Shown: positions 24,696 to 37,772, numbered from the whole stretch's first letter. The stretch: DNA of 63,947 nucleotides, filler included, from Vicugna vicugna (GCA_013265495.1; 77 parts of 75 records of this genome joined end to end with filler, not necessarily neighbours in it); one strand, 5' to 3'. A program made the numbers and translations. The notes: generated by a model not told the origin, from the sequence alone.

Positions 24696-25546
24696 AAACC
24701 GAGTTGGAGTTTGTCCCTCTACATATATATGTAAGGACTGTAGTATGCAACTTAATAGATCCTTTGTGTTCCCCTCAACTATTGTGAAGGAGGGCTTTAA
24801 CACACACTTATCTCTCAGAAATGAGCATGTGGAGAGACGTTCGTTCATCCAAAACAAAGGGAACGGATTGTAGGAGAAACACTTACTCTGGTTTCTCAGT
24901 CTGTTTCCTAGTGCCGGTTTGAAGTTCCTGCGGTTTGCACTGTAATACCGAGTTGGAGCTTGTACCTCCCCATATATATGTATGGAGTGGACTTTGCAAG
25001 TGTCAAGAAACTTTGTGTTCCCTTCAAGCTAGGTGAAGGACGGCTTTCACACACACTTATCTCTCCGAACTGAGCACGTGGAGAGACGTTCGTTCATCCA
25101 AAACAAAGGGAACGGATTGTAGGAGAAACACTTACTCTGGTTTCTCAGTCTGTTTCCTAGTGCCGGTTTGAAGTTCCTGCGGTTTGCACTGTAATACCGA
25201 GTTGGAGCTTGTACCTCCCNNNNNNNNNNNNNNNNNNNNNNNNNNNNNNNNNNNNNNNNNNNNNNNNNNNNNNNNNNNNNNNNNNNNNNNNNNNNNNNNN
25301 NNNNNNNNNNNNNNNNNNNNNNNNNNNNNNNNNNNNNNNNNNNNNNNNNNNNNNNNNNNNNNNNNNNNNNNNNNCTTTCTCAGTCTGTTTCCTACTGCCG
25401 GTTGGAAGTTCCAGCGGTTTGCACTGTAAACCGAATTGGAGCTTGTACATCCCCATATATATGTATGGATTGGACTTTGCAACTGAAGAGAAATTTTGTG
25501 CTCCCTTTAAGCTAAGTGAAGGATGGCTTTCACACACACTTATCTC
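24696..25546 (+). repeat. Satellite D, gapped
   Basis: GAGAGACGT at 24832 and 25081 (249 bp). Confidence 0.95.
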
Positions 25547-25646
25547 NNNNNNNNNNNNNNNNNNNNNNNNNNNNNNNNNNNNNNNNNNNNTTAATTAATT
25601 AANNNNNNNNNNNNNNNNNNNNNNNNNNNNNNNNNNNNNNNNNNNN

Positions 25647-26042
25647 CAGGATTCCGGAACCATTGTCAGAGCGTTGGGGAGCTCGAGAGACCACTCCACG
25701 CAGCTCTCCTCAGTCCCCGGTGTTCCCTGTTCGGAGAAGTCCGTGAAATATCTTCCCTGAACTTGGGGAGGCAGCCTCTGACACTGGGATATCCTGTAAT
25801 CACCCCTAGCATTCCCTGGCATAGAGACTTTAGGAAAACCATTAGGGGAGACGAGCTTAGGCATTCCGTTAGAATCCACGTGCTGCCGAGCGTTGGTGGA
25901 ACCTCCCCACGTTCACTGGCACAGATAGGAAAACCCTCAGGGGAGACGAGCTTAGGCTTTCCGTTAGAACCCACGCGCTGCCGACCGTTGGTGGAACCTC
26001 CCCACGCTCAGGAATCCGGAACAATTGTCAGTGAGGTGAGTG
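25647..26042 (-). repeat. Satellite C with an internally deleted monomer
   Basis: GAGCTTAGG at 25853 and 25948 (95 bp instead of 267). Confidence 0.92.
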
Positions 26043-26142
26043 NNNNNNNNNNNNNNNNNNNNNNNNNNNNNNNNNNNNNNNNNNNNTTAATTAATTAANN
26101 NNNNNNNNNNNNNNNNNNNNNNNNNNNNNNNNNNNNNNNNNN

Positions 26143-26701
26143 ATAAAACCCTCTTGGAGCGAATTCTACCCTAGAGATATGTAATTTATATAGATTCCAT
26201 CTACATGATATTCTGATTTCCTTACATGCTACATACATGACGGATTTGACAAACATGCATTTTGAGTTGAGAGCATGTGGATTACTAATCTTTCATCCTC
26301 CATAAAAGGAATAATTTCATCTAGACTCGTGTACACATTTACACAAGCTTTCCCTAAAACCAGTTTCAACTCGTGCTTTTTTCACAGAAATATAGTTCTG
26401 GAGCGATTTCAAACTAACAGATGTGTAATTTACATGAATTCCAACAACATGGCATTACGGGTTCCGTAAATGCTACATGTATGACNNNNNNNNNNNNNNN
26501 NCGAATCGGCAATCATACGTTTCTGGCTTGTGAGCATGTGGATTACTGACCTTTCATCCACCAAACAAGGCGTATATAGGCTTAGAAATATTTACTCGGA
26601 CTTCATAGTTTTTTCTATCACCAGGTTCTAAAATCGGACATTTGGCCCCAGAGAACACTCTTTGAGCGAAATCTCACCAATAAAAATGTAATTTGCATTG
26701 T
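26143..26701 (+). repeat. Satellite A
   Basis: Matches 1195-1679 and 34976-35889. Confidence 0.9.
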
Positions 26702-27109
26702 NNNNNNNNNNNNNNNNNNNNNNNNNNNNNNNNNNNNNNNNNNNNTTAATTAATTAANNNNNNNNNNNNNNNNNNNNNNNNNNNNNNNNNNNNNNNNNNN
26801 NCTGTCTCTTTAGAGCCAACCAAAGCCACCTCCCAGACTTCAGCCCTTGGTCCAGTTCTGGTCCATTCTCTGCCTTGGTGAGCACTCACTGCTTCAGAAA
26901 CCCCGGCTCTGAACACTCCCAAGTGTGCGCCATGGCCCCAGGGACTGTTCTCTTTCCCCTTGTTCACACCATAAACTGACACCAATTCCAACTGTCCCAT
27001 GTGCTTAGGGTGATGTTTACTGTCTTCATCTGAGCAGCTGTGGGTGTCATGTCTGACACTTCTCATTTGCCCCGAGCCCACTGATACAATTTCAACTAAT
27101 CCTCTAGTC

Positions 27110-27265
27110 CAGGGGTTGTAAATTTTTTTGAAGAGCCAGGGAGTAAACAGTTTAGGTTTACTGACCACAGGGTCTGTCACAGCCACTCAAACTCTGCCGC
27201 TGAAGGCTGAAAGTGGCCAGAGATGACATGTAAACAGGAAGGCATGGCTGTGTTTCTATAAAGCT
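27110..27265 (+). mobile_element. MER58A-like hAT/Charlie DNA transposon relic
   Basis: CAGGGGTTGTAAATTTTTTTG.AGAGCCAG..AGTAAA...TTTAGG...ACTCAAACTCTGCCG...GGCATGGCTGTGTTTC.ATAAA follows the recalled MER58A consensus. Confidence 0.75.
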
Positions 27266-27713
27266 GTGGTGGTCTGGCAAGCCCTGTGCTGGACAGCTCC
27301 ANNNNNNNNNNNNNNNNNNNNNNNNNNNNNNNNNNNNNNNNNNNNNNNNNNNNNNNNNNNNNNNNNNNNNNNNNNNNNNNNNNNNNNNNNNNNNNNNNNN
27401 NNNNNNNNNNNNNNNNNNNNNNNNNNNNNNNNNNNNNGATAAACCCTCCTTGCCAAGCTCAGTACCCAATACTCACTGATCATGCCTGTGCTCCTGCCGT
27501 CTCCTCCCCTCGTCACCCTACAACCAGGGCCTGCCTCTCCCCTCAGAGGTCGTCCTCCCCCACCCTCAGCCGCCAGCGCCCCCGGGACATGTGTGAATTG
27601 TGCTCAGACATCTNNNNNNNNNNNNNNNNNNNNNNNNNNNNNNNNNNNNNNNNNNNNTTAATTAATTAANNNNNNNNNNNNNNNNNNNNNNNNNNNNNNN
27701 NNNNNNNNNNNNN

Positions 27714-28110
27714 TCCTGTTCTTGGTCAGAAATTGTATAGTTTCGGGCTTTACATTTATGAAATTAATCCATAATTATCTCATTTTTTATACTATGGAAG
27801 GAAGTGCTCTTTCATCTTCTTTTTCATATACTGTCAAGATTTCTCAGAACTACTTGTTGAAGAGATTGCTTTTTTCCACTTTGTACACTTGCATCCTTCA
27901 TTGTAGACTAATTCACCATATGTGTGTGGGTTAATTTTTGGACTCTTTATTTTGTTCCATTGATCTATGTGTTTCTTTAAGAACTTGTTAGTAAAGACAG
28001 GTGAAAGGACAGGACATAATTAAATAAGATAAAGATTAAATATAGAAACAGTTAATCAAATTAAACAATGGCTTTTGAAAGATAAATATTGTTGTTAGAC
28101 TTTAATTTAA
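27714..28110. mobile_element. Degenerate rearranged L1, paralogue of 28211-28977 and 12461-13374
   Basis: 27714-27978 matches 28325-28600; the remainder matches the reverse complement of ~12540-12645. Confidence 0.8.
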
Positions 28111-28210
28111 NNNNNNNNNNNNNNNNNNNNNNNNNNNNNNNNNNNNNNNNNNNNTTAATTAATTAANNNNNNNNNNNNNNNNNNNNNNNNNNNNNNNNNN
28201 NNNNNNNNNN

Positions 28211-28977
28211 ATCTATTTTTTCCTCAGTAAACTAAAAACTGTAATTGTTAGTTTTTCTTTTTTTTAATTTGGAGATAGATCAAAAATAATGATTGCAATG
28301 ATTTATCTCAAAGTCAGTTCTGCTCCTGTTCTTGGTCAGAAATTGTATAGTTTCAGGCTTTACATTTAGGAAATTAATCCATTTTTATCTCATTTTTTAT
28401 ACTATGGAAGGAAGTGCTTTTACAACTTCCTTTTATATGTACTGTCTTGTTTTGTCAGAACTAGTTGCTGAAGAGACCGAAGAGACTGTCTGTTTTCATT
28501 GTACACTCTTGCCTCCTTCTTTGTTGACTAATTGAACACATGTATGTGGGTTTATTTTTGGACTCTTCATTTTGTTCCATTGATCTATGTGCTTCTATAA
28601 GTGCCATATTTTTATGTATTGATTACTGTAGCTTTGTAGTATGTTCTAAACTCAGGGATGGTAATACTCACAGCTTTTTACATTTTTCAACATAATTTTA
28701 GAAAATTTGGGTCTTTCAGATATATGTATAAATTTTATAATTTTTCTCCTTGTTTTGTGAAGAAACTTATGGATTTTGTGAAAATAGAAATTTACTGAAA
28801 GAAAAAACCTGAGAAAAATAATAATGTTTGGAGGATAAATCATACAGTATTAACAACAAATGGATTACTATATAAAGCATAAAAAATATATAAAGAGAAA
28901 TGACAACAAAAACCAAATCCATGGGTTATAACAAAGAAATATTAGTAGGGGTGCTTATAGCAAAATAATCCCAGTTA
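28211..28977. mobile_element. Degenerate L1 ORF2 with the same inversion junction as 12461-13374 (opposite orientation)
   Basis: TTTTTCTCCTTGTTTTGTGAAGAAAC.TATGGATT.TGT.A.AATAGAAATTTACT..AA.AAAAAACCTGAGAAAAAT matches the reverse complement of ~12880-12962. Confidence 0.82.
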
Positions 28978-29077
28978 NNNNNNNNNNNNNNNNNNNNNNN
29001 NNNNNNNNNNNNNNNNNNNNNTTAATTAATTAANNNNNNNNNNNNNNNNNNNNNNNNNNNNNNNNNNNNNNNNNNNN

Positions 29078-29802
29078 TGGCTCCCTTTGAAGATTTAGAA
29101 GTGGACTTTACTGAACTTGGGCCCAGTAAGGGAGATAAGTACCTGCTGGTTTTCGTCTGCACCTTCACAGGGTGGGTAGAGGCCTACCCCACCAGGACAG
29201 AGAAAGCAAGGGAAGTGACAAAGGCTCTTCTCAGGGATGTTATCCCTCGATTTGGAATGCCTGCCTCCATCGGGTCTGACAATGGACCCGCCTTTGTGGC
29301 AGAAATTGTACAGCAAGTGGCAGAGGCACTGAGCATCCACTGGAACCTGCACACAGCATCCTGGCCTCAAAGCTCAGGGAAGGTAGAACGAATGAACAGG
29401 ACTCTAAAACAAATTACAGCTAAAATCAGCCAAAAAACCCAGCTCCCCTGGATGGACATTCTACCCCTGGCTCTGCTGCGAATTAGATGCACCCCAAGAT
29501 TTAATACTGGGTACTCTCCCTTTGAAATCCTCTATGGGCGACCGCCACCTTTAGTCAGGATGAGAAACCCCACCCCAGAAATAGGAAATCTAGGGCTCCA
29601 CCAACAACTGTTGGGACTAGGAAAAGTACTACGAGAAGTTTGGGGTTGGGTGATAGAGAAAACCCCCATTTCATAATCCCCATAAGTGACCAGGTATGGG
29701 TGAAGGATTGGAAAAAGGAACCTCTCAAACCAACATGGAAGGGACCATATTTAGTGGTATTAACTACTCCTACAGCAGTTAAAGTTGCAGGAATCGAATC
29801 GT
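29078..29802 (+). mobile_element. pol: Class I (gamma-like, ERV3/HERV-E-like) ERV pol: integrase core and GPY/F domain, disrupted between them
   Basis: APFEDLEVDFT...GSDNGPAF...QSSGKVERMNRTLK carries the D,D-35-E triad. TAA at 29674-29676, then DQVWVKDW...WKGPYLVVLTTPTAVKV in another frame. Confidence 0.93.
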
Positions 29803-31140
29803 NNNNNNNNNNNNNNNNNNNNNNNNNNNNNNNNNNNNNNNNNNNNNNNNNNNNNNNNNNNNNNNNNNNNNNNNNNNNNNNNNNNNNNNNNNNNNNNNNN
29901 NNNNNNNNNNNNNNNNNNNNNNNNNNNNNNNNNNNNNNNNNNNNNNNNNNNNNNNNNNNNNNNNNNNNNNNNNNNCTTGTTTTCTAGTCTGCGTACTAGC
30001 AGTGGGGCTAGCTAGCGCCACCCCACCTGACTGGAACATAGGCCATAAAATCCTGATAGCTATTTTATATCTTCTTATAATTAGTGCCATCACCGCACCG
30101 CAGCNNNNNNNNNNNNNNNNNNNNNNNNNNNNNNNNNNNNNNNNNNNNTTAATTAATTAANNNNNNNNNNNNNNNNNNNNNNNNNNNNNNNNNNNNNNNN
30201 NNNNCTTTGGGTCTCTGTTCTACAATCTCTGTTTTGCTTTTTCTCCACAATGTCTTGTTCTACTAGCATATGCTGAAACTTGATTTACATTTCATAGCAT
30301 TAAAACAAAAATCAGGAATTCTTCATCATTTATTAACTATTTGGTAAATAGTTTTTGGTGAATCTTTAACTTTATTATTAGGACTTACCATGACAATGTA
30401 CAACACCTAGTTCCCCAGATAACAGCAGTGGCTTACACATGCTAAACTTGTATTTCCCTCTTACATAAAGAAGACAAGCAATCGGTACCACAGGGCTGGT
30501 TTGCATGAAGGCCCCAGGGTCAGAGAACCAGATGCCTGTTATTTTCAGCCCGTCAACTTGATGGCCCAAAGTGGCTGCCTGAGCGTCAACCATCAGGTCC
30601 TCATTCCAGGCAGCAGAAAGGAGGGAAGAATGGTGCTTCAGTTCCCTTTTGGGATGCTTCTGTAAAGTCCCAGGTAGCTTTCCTGCTTTTATCTTGCTTT
30701 AGACAGAGGGCTGAGAGACAGCTTGCTATGAGGTAAGCTCAGCTCAGGACCAGCCATCTCCCTCGAGGGGAGGGGAGGGAGGGGGCAGGGAGGCACCGCT
30801 CATCCTGCACGTGGTGTAAGACACCACGATGAGCCGCCGGGGGCCTCTGCAGTCCGTCCATTGCTTCGACTTCGGGCTGCACTGAGCGGTTGGTAACGGT
30901 TGAGATTTTCACGTAGAGCTGCGTGTATGCTGGAACAATTGCTCGGTTCATTGAAACCAGTGGCTACCAGAGCACGTTGGAGAACACAGTTGTTTTCACC
31001 TTGTAGCCAGTGACCCTCCCGCCAGGTTTCTGTCCTGCTGNNNNNNNNNNNNNNNNNNNNNNNNNNNNNNNNNNNNNNNNNNNNTTAATTAATTAANNNN
31101 NNNNNNNNNNNNNNNNNNNNNNNNNNNNNNNNNNNNNNNN

Positions 31141-31828
31141 AAGTAGCAGCAACCGCCCCCCGATGGAATGTGGAAGTATTTAGAGAACTTCACCCTAATG
31201 GAGAACAAGTGTGATCCCATTCATCTACTTGGATATTGGCTCCACATCTCCCCGCCACACAAGGTTGGGTTCCGGAATCCTGAGTGTGGGGAAGTTCCTC
31301 CTACTGTCAGCCGCGCTTGTGTTCTACTTGAATCCCTTAACTTGCCTTCCCTGATGGTTTGGCTAGGCTGGAGTGCAGGAGAATGTGGGGTTTCGGCTCT
31401 AATACCAATTATTAGCCAATGCATCTACATGGGAATTTGAGAAATATTACCTACAACCAGCAACGTGAGTATACATGTGCCACCTGAAAGATGCCTGGAC
31501 TCTGTTTCCCCACCTCCAGCACACAAACGAGGAAGTGTTCTGCTACCCTGAATGGGGGGAGTTTCCTCCAAATGACAGCAGCACCTGGGGTCTAATTGAA
31601 TCCCTTAGCTTGACTTCCTTGAGTGTTTACCTAGGCCGGGCTGGGAGCGAATGTGGGGGTTGGGCTCCAAAGACAAGGATTAGCAAGTGCCCCTCTATGG
31701 GCAGTGGAGGTGTTTAAACCAAATCCCCAACTTTGGAACACCTCTTCCCCCATAAAGATGCGTGAAATGTCTTTCCCAGCTCCAGAACACCCACGAAGGC
31801 TTTTAGATATCCTTAGTGTTGGGGGGGG
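31141..31828 (+). repeat. Satellite B
   Basis: Shares monomer types with 22443-23315 (AAGTAGCAG type followed by CCCTGATGG type). Confidence 0.88.
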
Positions 31829-31967
31829 NNNNNNNNNNNNNNNNNNNNNNNNNNNNNNNNNNNNNNNNNNNNTTAATTAATTAANNNNNNNNNNNNNNNN
31901 NNNNNNNNNNNNNNNNNNNNNNNNNNNNTACATAAAAAAAGAAAAAAAGAAAAATAGAGAAGATAAG

Positions 31968-32386
31968 TGACACAGTGAAGGAAAAGTCCAGCTGGGCTAA
32001 AGAGCTCAGTCACAAATCTAAGTGTGATAAGTGTCGGTTTACTGATCCAAGTTTTGCTGGGCTACCTGGTAAACCTGAAGTTTAGTGTCAGTTTACTGGG
32101 TTCATAAGCTAAATCGTAAATCTAAGGTCAACAATTGTCAATAACGTGATCTTTTCCAAATTGATAAGCTTCAGTGCACTGATTCCTTGCTTTTTGTTGT
32201 TTGAGCCTTATTGGCTAATAGCCCCATACTTGTAATTAACCCTATAAAACCTCATGTGCAGGTCTTGGAGGTGCTCAGAGCTTCGGAACAGAAGCCCCTC
32301 TGAGCCCGCCAGCGTAATAAATCTCAGTACTCCAACCCTCTGAGTGATCCTTGTTTCTTGGCTGGCCTGTTGTTTCTGTAACAACA
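31968..32386 (+). mobile_element. Probable ERV1 solo LTR
   Basis: TG...CA ends; ATTGG at 32210, TATAAAA at 32243, AATAAA at 32316; near-TSD TAAG/CAAG. Confidence 0.65.
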
Positions 32387-33867
32387 CAAGCGATAATGCC
32401 CGTGAAATAAATCTGCGGTGGCTGCTGTCAGGTCCCCATGTCTCACGTGGGAAAATCTGAAACATCCTTCTCACCACTCAGAGTCATCATNNNNNNNNNN
32501 NNNNNNNNNNNNNNNNNNNNNNNNNNNNNNNNNNNNNNNNNNNNNNNNNNNNNNNNNNNNNNNNNNNNNNNNNNNNNNNNNNNNNNNNNNNNNNNNNNNA
32601 GGAAAGCCACAGCAATTAACATCAAAATGGTGAAGGATTCAACCCCCAATAGGCCTTGAGGCTCAGGATGAAGAGATTTAACTTCTAGCAGATCTTAAGC
32701 TTCAGTAAACACCCATTGTAATAGTAACATGGTGAATAACATGCCCCAGGCAACATGGAGTCCCAAATTTAGCTACCAAATGTCACAGGGTGGGAAATGG
32801 CCATCTCCCTGGGAATCCCAGCCCCTTGCCCNNNNNNNNNNNNNNNNNNNNNNNNNNNNNNNNNNNNNNNNNNNNTTAATTAATTAANNNNNNNNNNNNN
32901 NNNNNNNNNNNNNNNNNNNNNNNNNNNNNNNGGTTCCTAAGGTAAATGTGATTCTTCCCACTAGCGTTCCATTGGACTTTCTTCTTCCCTCTTTCCTTTA
33001 GTTCAGATCTCCATGCACAGTACCAATNNNNNNNNNNNNNNNNNNNNNNNNNNNNNNNNNNNNNNNNNNNNNNNNNNNNNNNNNNNNNNNNNNNNNNNNN
33101 NNNNNNNNNNNNNNNNNNNNNNNNNNNNNNNNNNNNNNNNNNNNNNNNNNNNNNNNNNNNNNNNNNNNNNNNNNNNNNNNNNNNNNNNNNNNNNNNNNNN
33201 NNNNNNNNNNNNNNNNNNNNNNNNNNNNNNNNNNNNNNNNNNNNNNNNNNNNNNNNNNNNNNNNNNNNNNNNNNNNNNNNNNNNNNNNNNNNNNNNNNNN
33301 NNNNNNNNNNNNNNNNNNNNNNNNNNNNNNNNNNNNNNNNNNNNNNNNNNNNNNNNNNNNNNNNNNNNNNNNNNNNNNNNNNNNNNNNNNNNNNNNNNNN
33401 NNNNNNNNNNNNNNNNNNNNNNNNNNNNNNNNNNNNNNNNNNNNNNNNNNNNNNNNNNNNNNNNNNNNNNNNNNNNNNNNNNNNNNNNNNNNNNNNNNNN
33501 NNNNNNNNNNNNNNNNNNNNNNNNNNNNNNNNNNNNNNNNNNNNNNNNNNNNNNNNNNNNNNNNNNNNNNNNNNNNNNNNNNNNNNNNNNNNNNNNNNNN
33601 NNNNNNNNNNNNNNNNNNNNNNNNNNNNNNNNNNNNNNNNNNNNNNNNNNNNNNNNNNNNNNNNNNNNNNNNNNNNNNNNNNNNNNNNNNNNNNNNNNNN
33701 NNNNNNNNNNNNNNNNNNNNNNNNNNNNNNNNNNNNNNNNNNNNNNNNNNNNNNNNNNNNNNNNNNNNNNNNNNNNNNNNNNNNNNNNNNNNNNNNNNNN
33801 NNNNNNNNNNNNNNNNNNNNNNNNNNNNNNNNNNNNNNNNNNNNNNNNNNNNNNNNNNNNNNNNNNN

Positions 33868-34058
33868 ATTTCCAATAATGGTTTCTTCTTTCCATTTCAT
33901 CTTGCTGCTTTTCTATTCAGGGTAGATTTCTCAACCATTCTTGTAGGATAAGTTTTGAACTGCTGAATTCTTTTAATATTTGCCAGTCTGTGGAATTCTC
34001 TAGATCTGCCATTATTAGAAATTGCGGTCATGTGGCATAGGCTCCCCTAGGTGGCAGC
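33868..34058 (-). mobile_element. Degenerate L1 ORF1-region fragment, paralogue of 53597-53788
   Basis: Shared TTCTTTCCATTTCATCTTGCTGC.TTTCTATTCAGGG...TCTTGTAGGATAAGTTT...GAACTGCTGAATTCTTTT. Confidence 0.6.
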
Positions 34059-34975
34059 NNNNNNNNNNNNNNNNNNNNNNNNNNNNNNNNNNNNNNNNNN
34101 NNTTAATTAATTAANNNNNNNNNNNNNNNNNNNNNNNNNNNNNNNNNNNNNNNNNNNNCATGTATTATGAATCCCATTGATGGTAAGAAGGGGAAATCCA
34201 ACACTTAAAAGGCAGGCACGAGCAGATTGAATTTTACAGCAAGACCCTTGGAAATGGCCCTGCACAGCCAGAGCGGCCTCCCACCCCGCAGACCCTCCGG
34301 CCCTTACCTGGGCAAGCCCCCTGCCCTCCCCCACGGGCAGGCTGAAGGGGCTCCTTATGACCATAAGCGGTCTCTCTTCTGCACCGGGACCCTCCGTAAC
34401 CCCTGATATCATTCATTGGTCTCCATTTCCAAAATTTCTGCAGATTCTTGACAGAGAACCATAGGAAATGGATGAAACCACAGAGGGAAAAGAAAACCAT
34501 TAGAAATGATGGATAGAAGGAAAAACATACAATCACATAGCACGCCGCCCTGGGATTAGCGTTGCTCACTCTGCATAATCCCCTGTAGATGCACCCAAAC
34601 TGCCCTGTGCGCTCAGCATCCGGTCCTTTTCATGGCTGAGTACTGGTCCAAGTCTAGGACCCAGTCAGTCATCCACTGATGGACGTCGGCACTGCTCTCA
34701 GCTGGGGCTGGTCCACACTCGGGATCTGTGGACGGTTGTGTCTAGTTCCCTGGTGACCTTATGTTCTCACTTTTCTGAAATGTATGCTCAGGTGTGCATG
34801 GCTGGGGTGTATGGTGACCTCAAGTTTTACTCTTTAAGAAGCTGCCAACTCTTTTGCAGACATTCTGCACCAGATNNNNNNNNNNNNNNNNNNNNNNNNN
34901 NNNNNNNNNNNNNNNNNNNTTAATTAATTAANNNNNNNNNNNNNNNNNNNNNNNNNNNNNNNNNNNNNNNNNNNN

Positions 34976-35889
34976 ATAGGTTTTTTCTATTTCCAGTTCC
35001 TAAAATAGGACATTGGGCACTAGAAAAAAACTCTATGTGTGAATTCTCAAAAATACACATGTAATTTACATTGTTTACATAACCATGGCTTTCTGTATTC
35101 CGAACATGTTTCATGTTTCATGGATTCCTCAAACATGCATTTCTGAGTTGTGAACATGCGCATGACTGATGCTTCAATCACCAAACACGTTACATATGCA
35201 GTTTGGAATATTTACTTTGACTTCAAAGCTTCTTCCTATCACCAGTTTCAAAAATCACACTTTGACCCCAGAAAAACACTCTTGCAGCGAATTCTACCCT
35301 AGAGATATATAATTTGAATAGATTTCATCAACATGATATTCGGTGTTCCGTACATGCTACATGCATGACGGAGTCGACAAACATGCATTCCTGAATTGAG
35401 AGAATGTGCATTACTAATCTTCCATCCTGTATAAAAGGAAAATTTTTATCTAGACACGTGTACTCATTTTCAAAAGCTTTCCCTAACACCAGTTTCGAAT
35501 ACGTGCATTTTTCACAGAAAAAGGAGCGATTTTATCCTAATAGATATGTAATTTACATGAATTCCATCAACATGGCATTCTGGGTTCCGTACATGCTACA
35601 TGCATGAAAGTTCTGGCAAACATGCGTTTCTGAGTTGTGAGCACGTGGATTACTGACCTTTAATTCACCAAACAAGGCATATATAAACTTAGAAATATTT
35701 ACTCTGACTTCATAGGTTTTTTCTATCATCAGGTTCTTAAATCGGACATTTGGCACCAGAAAGCACTCTTTGAGCAATTCCTCACCAATATGCATTTAAA
35801 TTAAATTTTTTATATTACCATGGCATTGCATATTCCGAACATGATTCATGCATCAACGATTCCTCAAACATGCATTTCTGAGTTGTGAA
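34976..35889 (+). repeat. Satellite A, full trimer plus
   Basis: AAACATGCATTTCTGAGTTGTGAA at 35131 and 35866 (735 bp). Confidence 0.95.
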
Positions 35890-37772
35890 NNNNNNNNNNN
35901 NNNNNNNNNNNNNNNNNNNNNNNNNNNNNNNNNTTAATTAATTAANNNNNNNNNNNNNNNNNNNNNNNNNNNNNNNNNNNNNNNNNNNNAAAAGAAAAAG
36001 AAAAAGAGGAAAATGAAAAAGGCCACCTGTTTTGAGAAGTCCACCCCGGCTGTTCAAACCGCCCTTTTCCCTTTGAAACCCAATCACTTATGCTCCACTC
36101 TNNNNNNNNNNNNNNNNNNNNNNNNNNNNNNNNNNNNNNNNNNNNNNNNNNNNNNNNNNNNNNNNNNNNNNNNNNNNNNNNNNNNNNNNNNNNNNNNNNN
36201 NNNNNNNNNNNNNNNNNNNNNNNNNNNNNNNNNNNNNNNNNNNNNNNNNNNNNNNNNNNCACATGCAGAGGAGCAGGTGATGGTTGGAAGGGGCTGGATG
36301 GAGGGGGGTTGGGGAGTGACTGCTAGTGACAGGGGGAATCTTTTGGAGTGATGAAGTGTTCTGGAAATAGATGGTGGTGAGGTGANNNNNNNNNNNNNNN
36401 NNNNNNNNNNNNNNNNNNNNNNNNNNNNNNNNNNNNNNNNNNNNNNNNNNNNNNNNNNNNNNNNNNNNNNNNNNNNNNNNNNNNNNNNNNNNNNNNNNNN
36501 NNNNNNNNNNNNNNNNNNNNNNNNNNNNNNNNNNNNNNNNNNNNNNNNNCTTTGTTCCCCTGAGTGTAGGCAAAAAATATTTAAGCCTGGAAAAGTGCTC
36601 CATCTGCAGAAATGTCTTTTAGTTTTGCATGGTGTAAAAATCTTGAGAGCTTTTAATCTTTGAGGCCAGGCCAGTNNNNNNNNNNNNNNNNNNNNNNNNN
36701 NNNNNNNNNNNNNNNNNNNTTAATTAATTAANNNNNNNNNNNNNNNNNNNNNNNNNNNNNNNNNNNNNNNNNNNNTCAGTGAGCCGGGATTTTATAAAAG
36801 AGCTAGAAGCGGCCTCTGGATGCACCTTAAAGCTGAAATGTGTACTGAGTTCCCTAAGTATTGACCCCGCCGCTGTGTGTCAATTGGTGGTAGGAGATTT
36901 GGTACATATACGAAGGGGTGTAGTGTTTTGACTTGGGTTTGCGTGNNNNNNNNNNNNNNNNNNNNNNNNNNNNNNNNNNNNNNNNNNNNNNNNNNNNNNN
37001 NNNNNNNNNNNNNNNNNNNNNNNNNNNNNNNNNNNNNNNNNNNNNNNNNNNNNNNNNNNNNNNNNNNNNNNNNNNNNNNNNNNNNNNNNNNNNNNNNNNN
37101 NNNNNNNNNNNNNNNNNNNNNNNNNNNNNNNNNNNNNNNNNNNNNNNNNNNNNNNNNNNNNNNNNNNNNNNNNNNNNNNNNNNNNNNNNNNNNNNNNNNN
37201 NNNNNNNNNNNNNNNNNNNNNNNNNNNNNNNNNNNNNNNNNNNNNNNNNNNNNNNNNNNNNNNNNNNNNNNNNNNNNNNNNNNNNNNNNNNNNNNNNNNN
37301 NNNNNNNNNNNNNNNNNNNNNNNNNNNNNNNNNNNNNNNNNNNNNNNNNNNNNNNNNNNNNNNNNNNNNNNNNNNNNNNNNNNNNNNNNNNNNNNNNNNN
37401 NNNNNNNNNNNNNNNNNNNNNNNNNNNNNNNNNNNNNNNNNNNNNNNNNNNNNNNNNNNNNNNNNNNNNNNNNNNNNNNNNTCCCAGGTAACTCTGGGCC
37501 ACAGCGAGCCTTCCCTTGAGAGGATCTGACCCACAATGCACAGGACTGTCTTGTCATGGAGCTGAGCATCCCGGGTGCTTCCTAAGGGTGGCCAACACTG
37601 GAGGGAAAGGAAAGTTTTCATGCCCTTCTTGTCTCCCCGGACTCACACCTCAATCTGTTAGTGTGAGGAGGGNNNNNNNNNNNNNNNNNNNNNNNNNNNN
37701 NNNNNNNNNNNNNNNNTTAATTAATTAANNNNNNNNNNNNNNNNNNNNNNNNNNNNNNNNNNNNNNNNNNNN

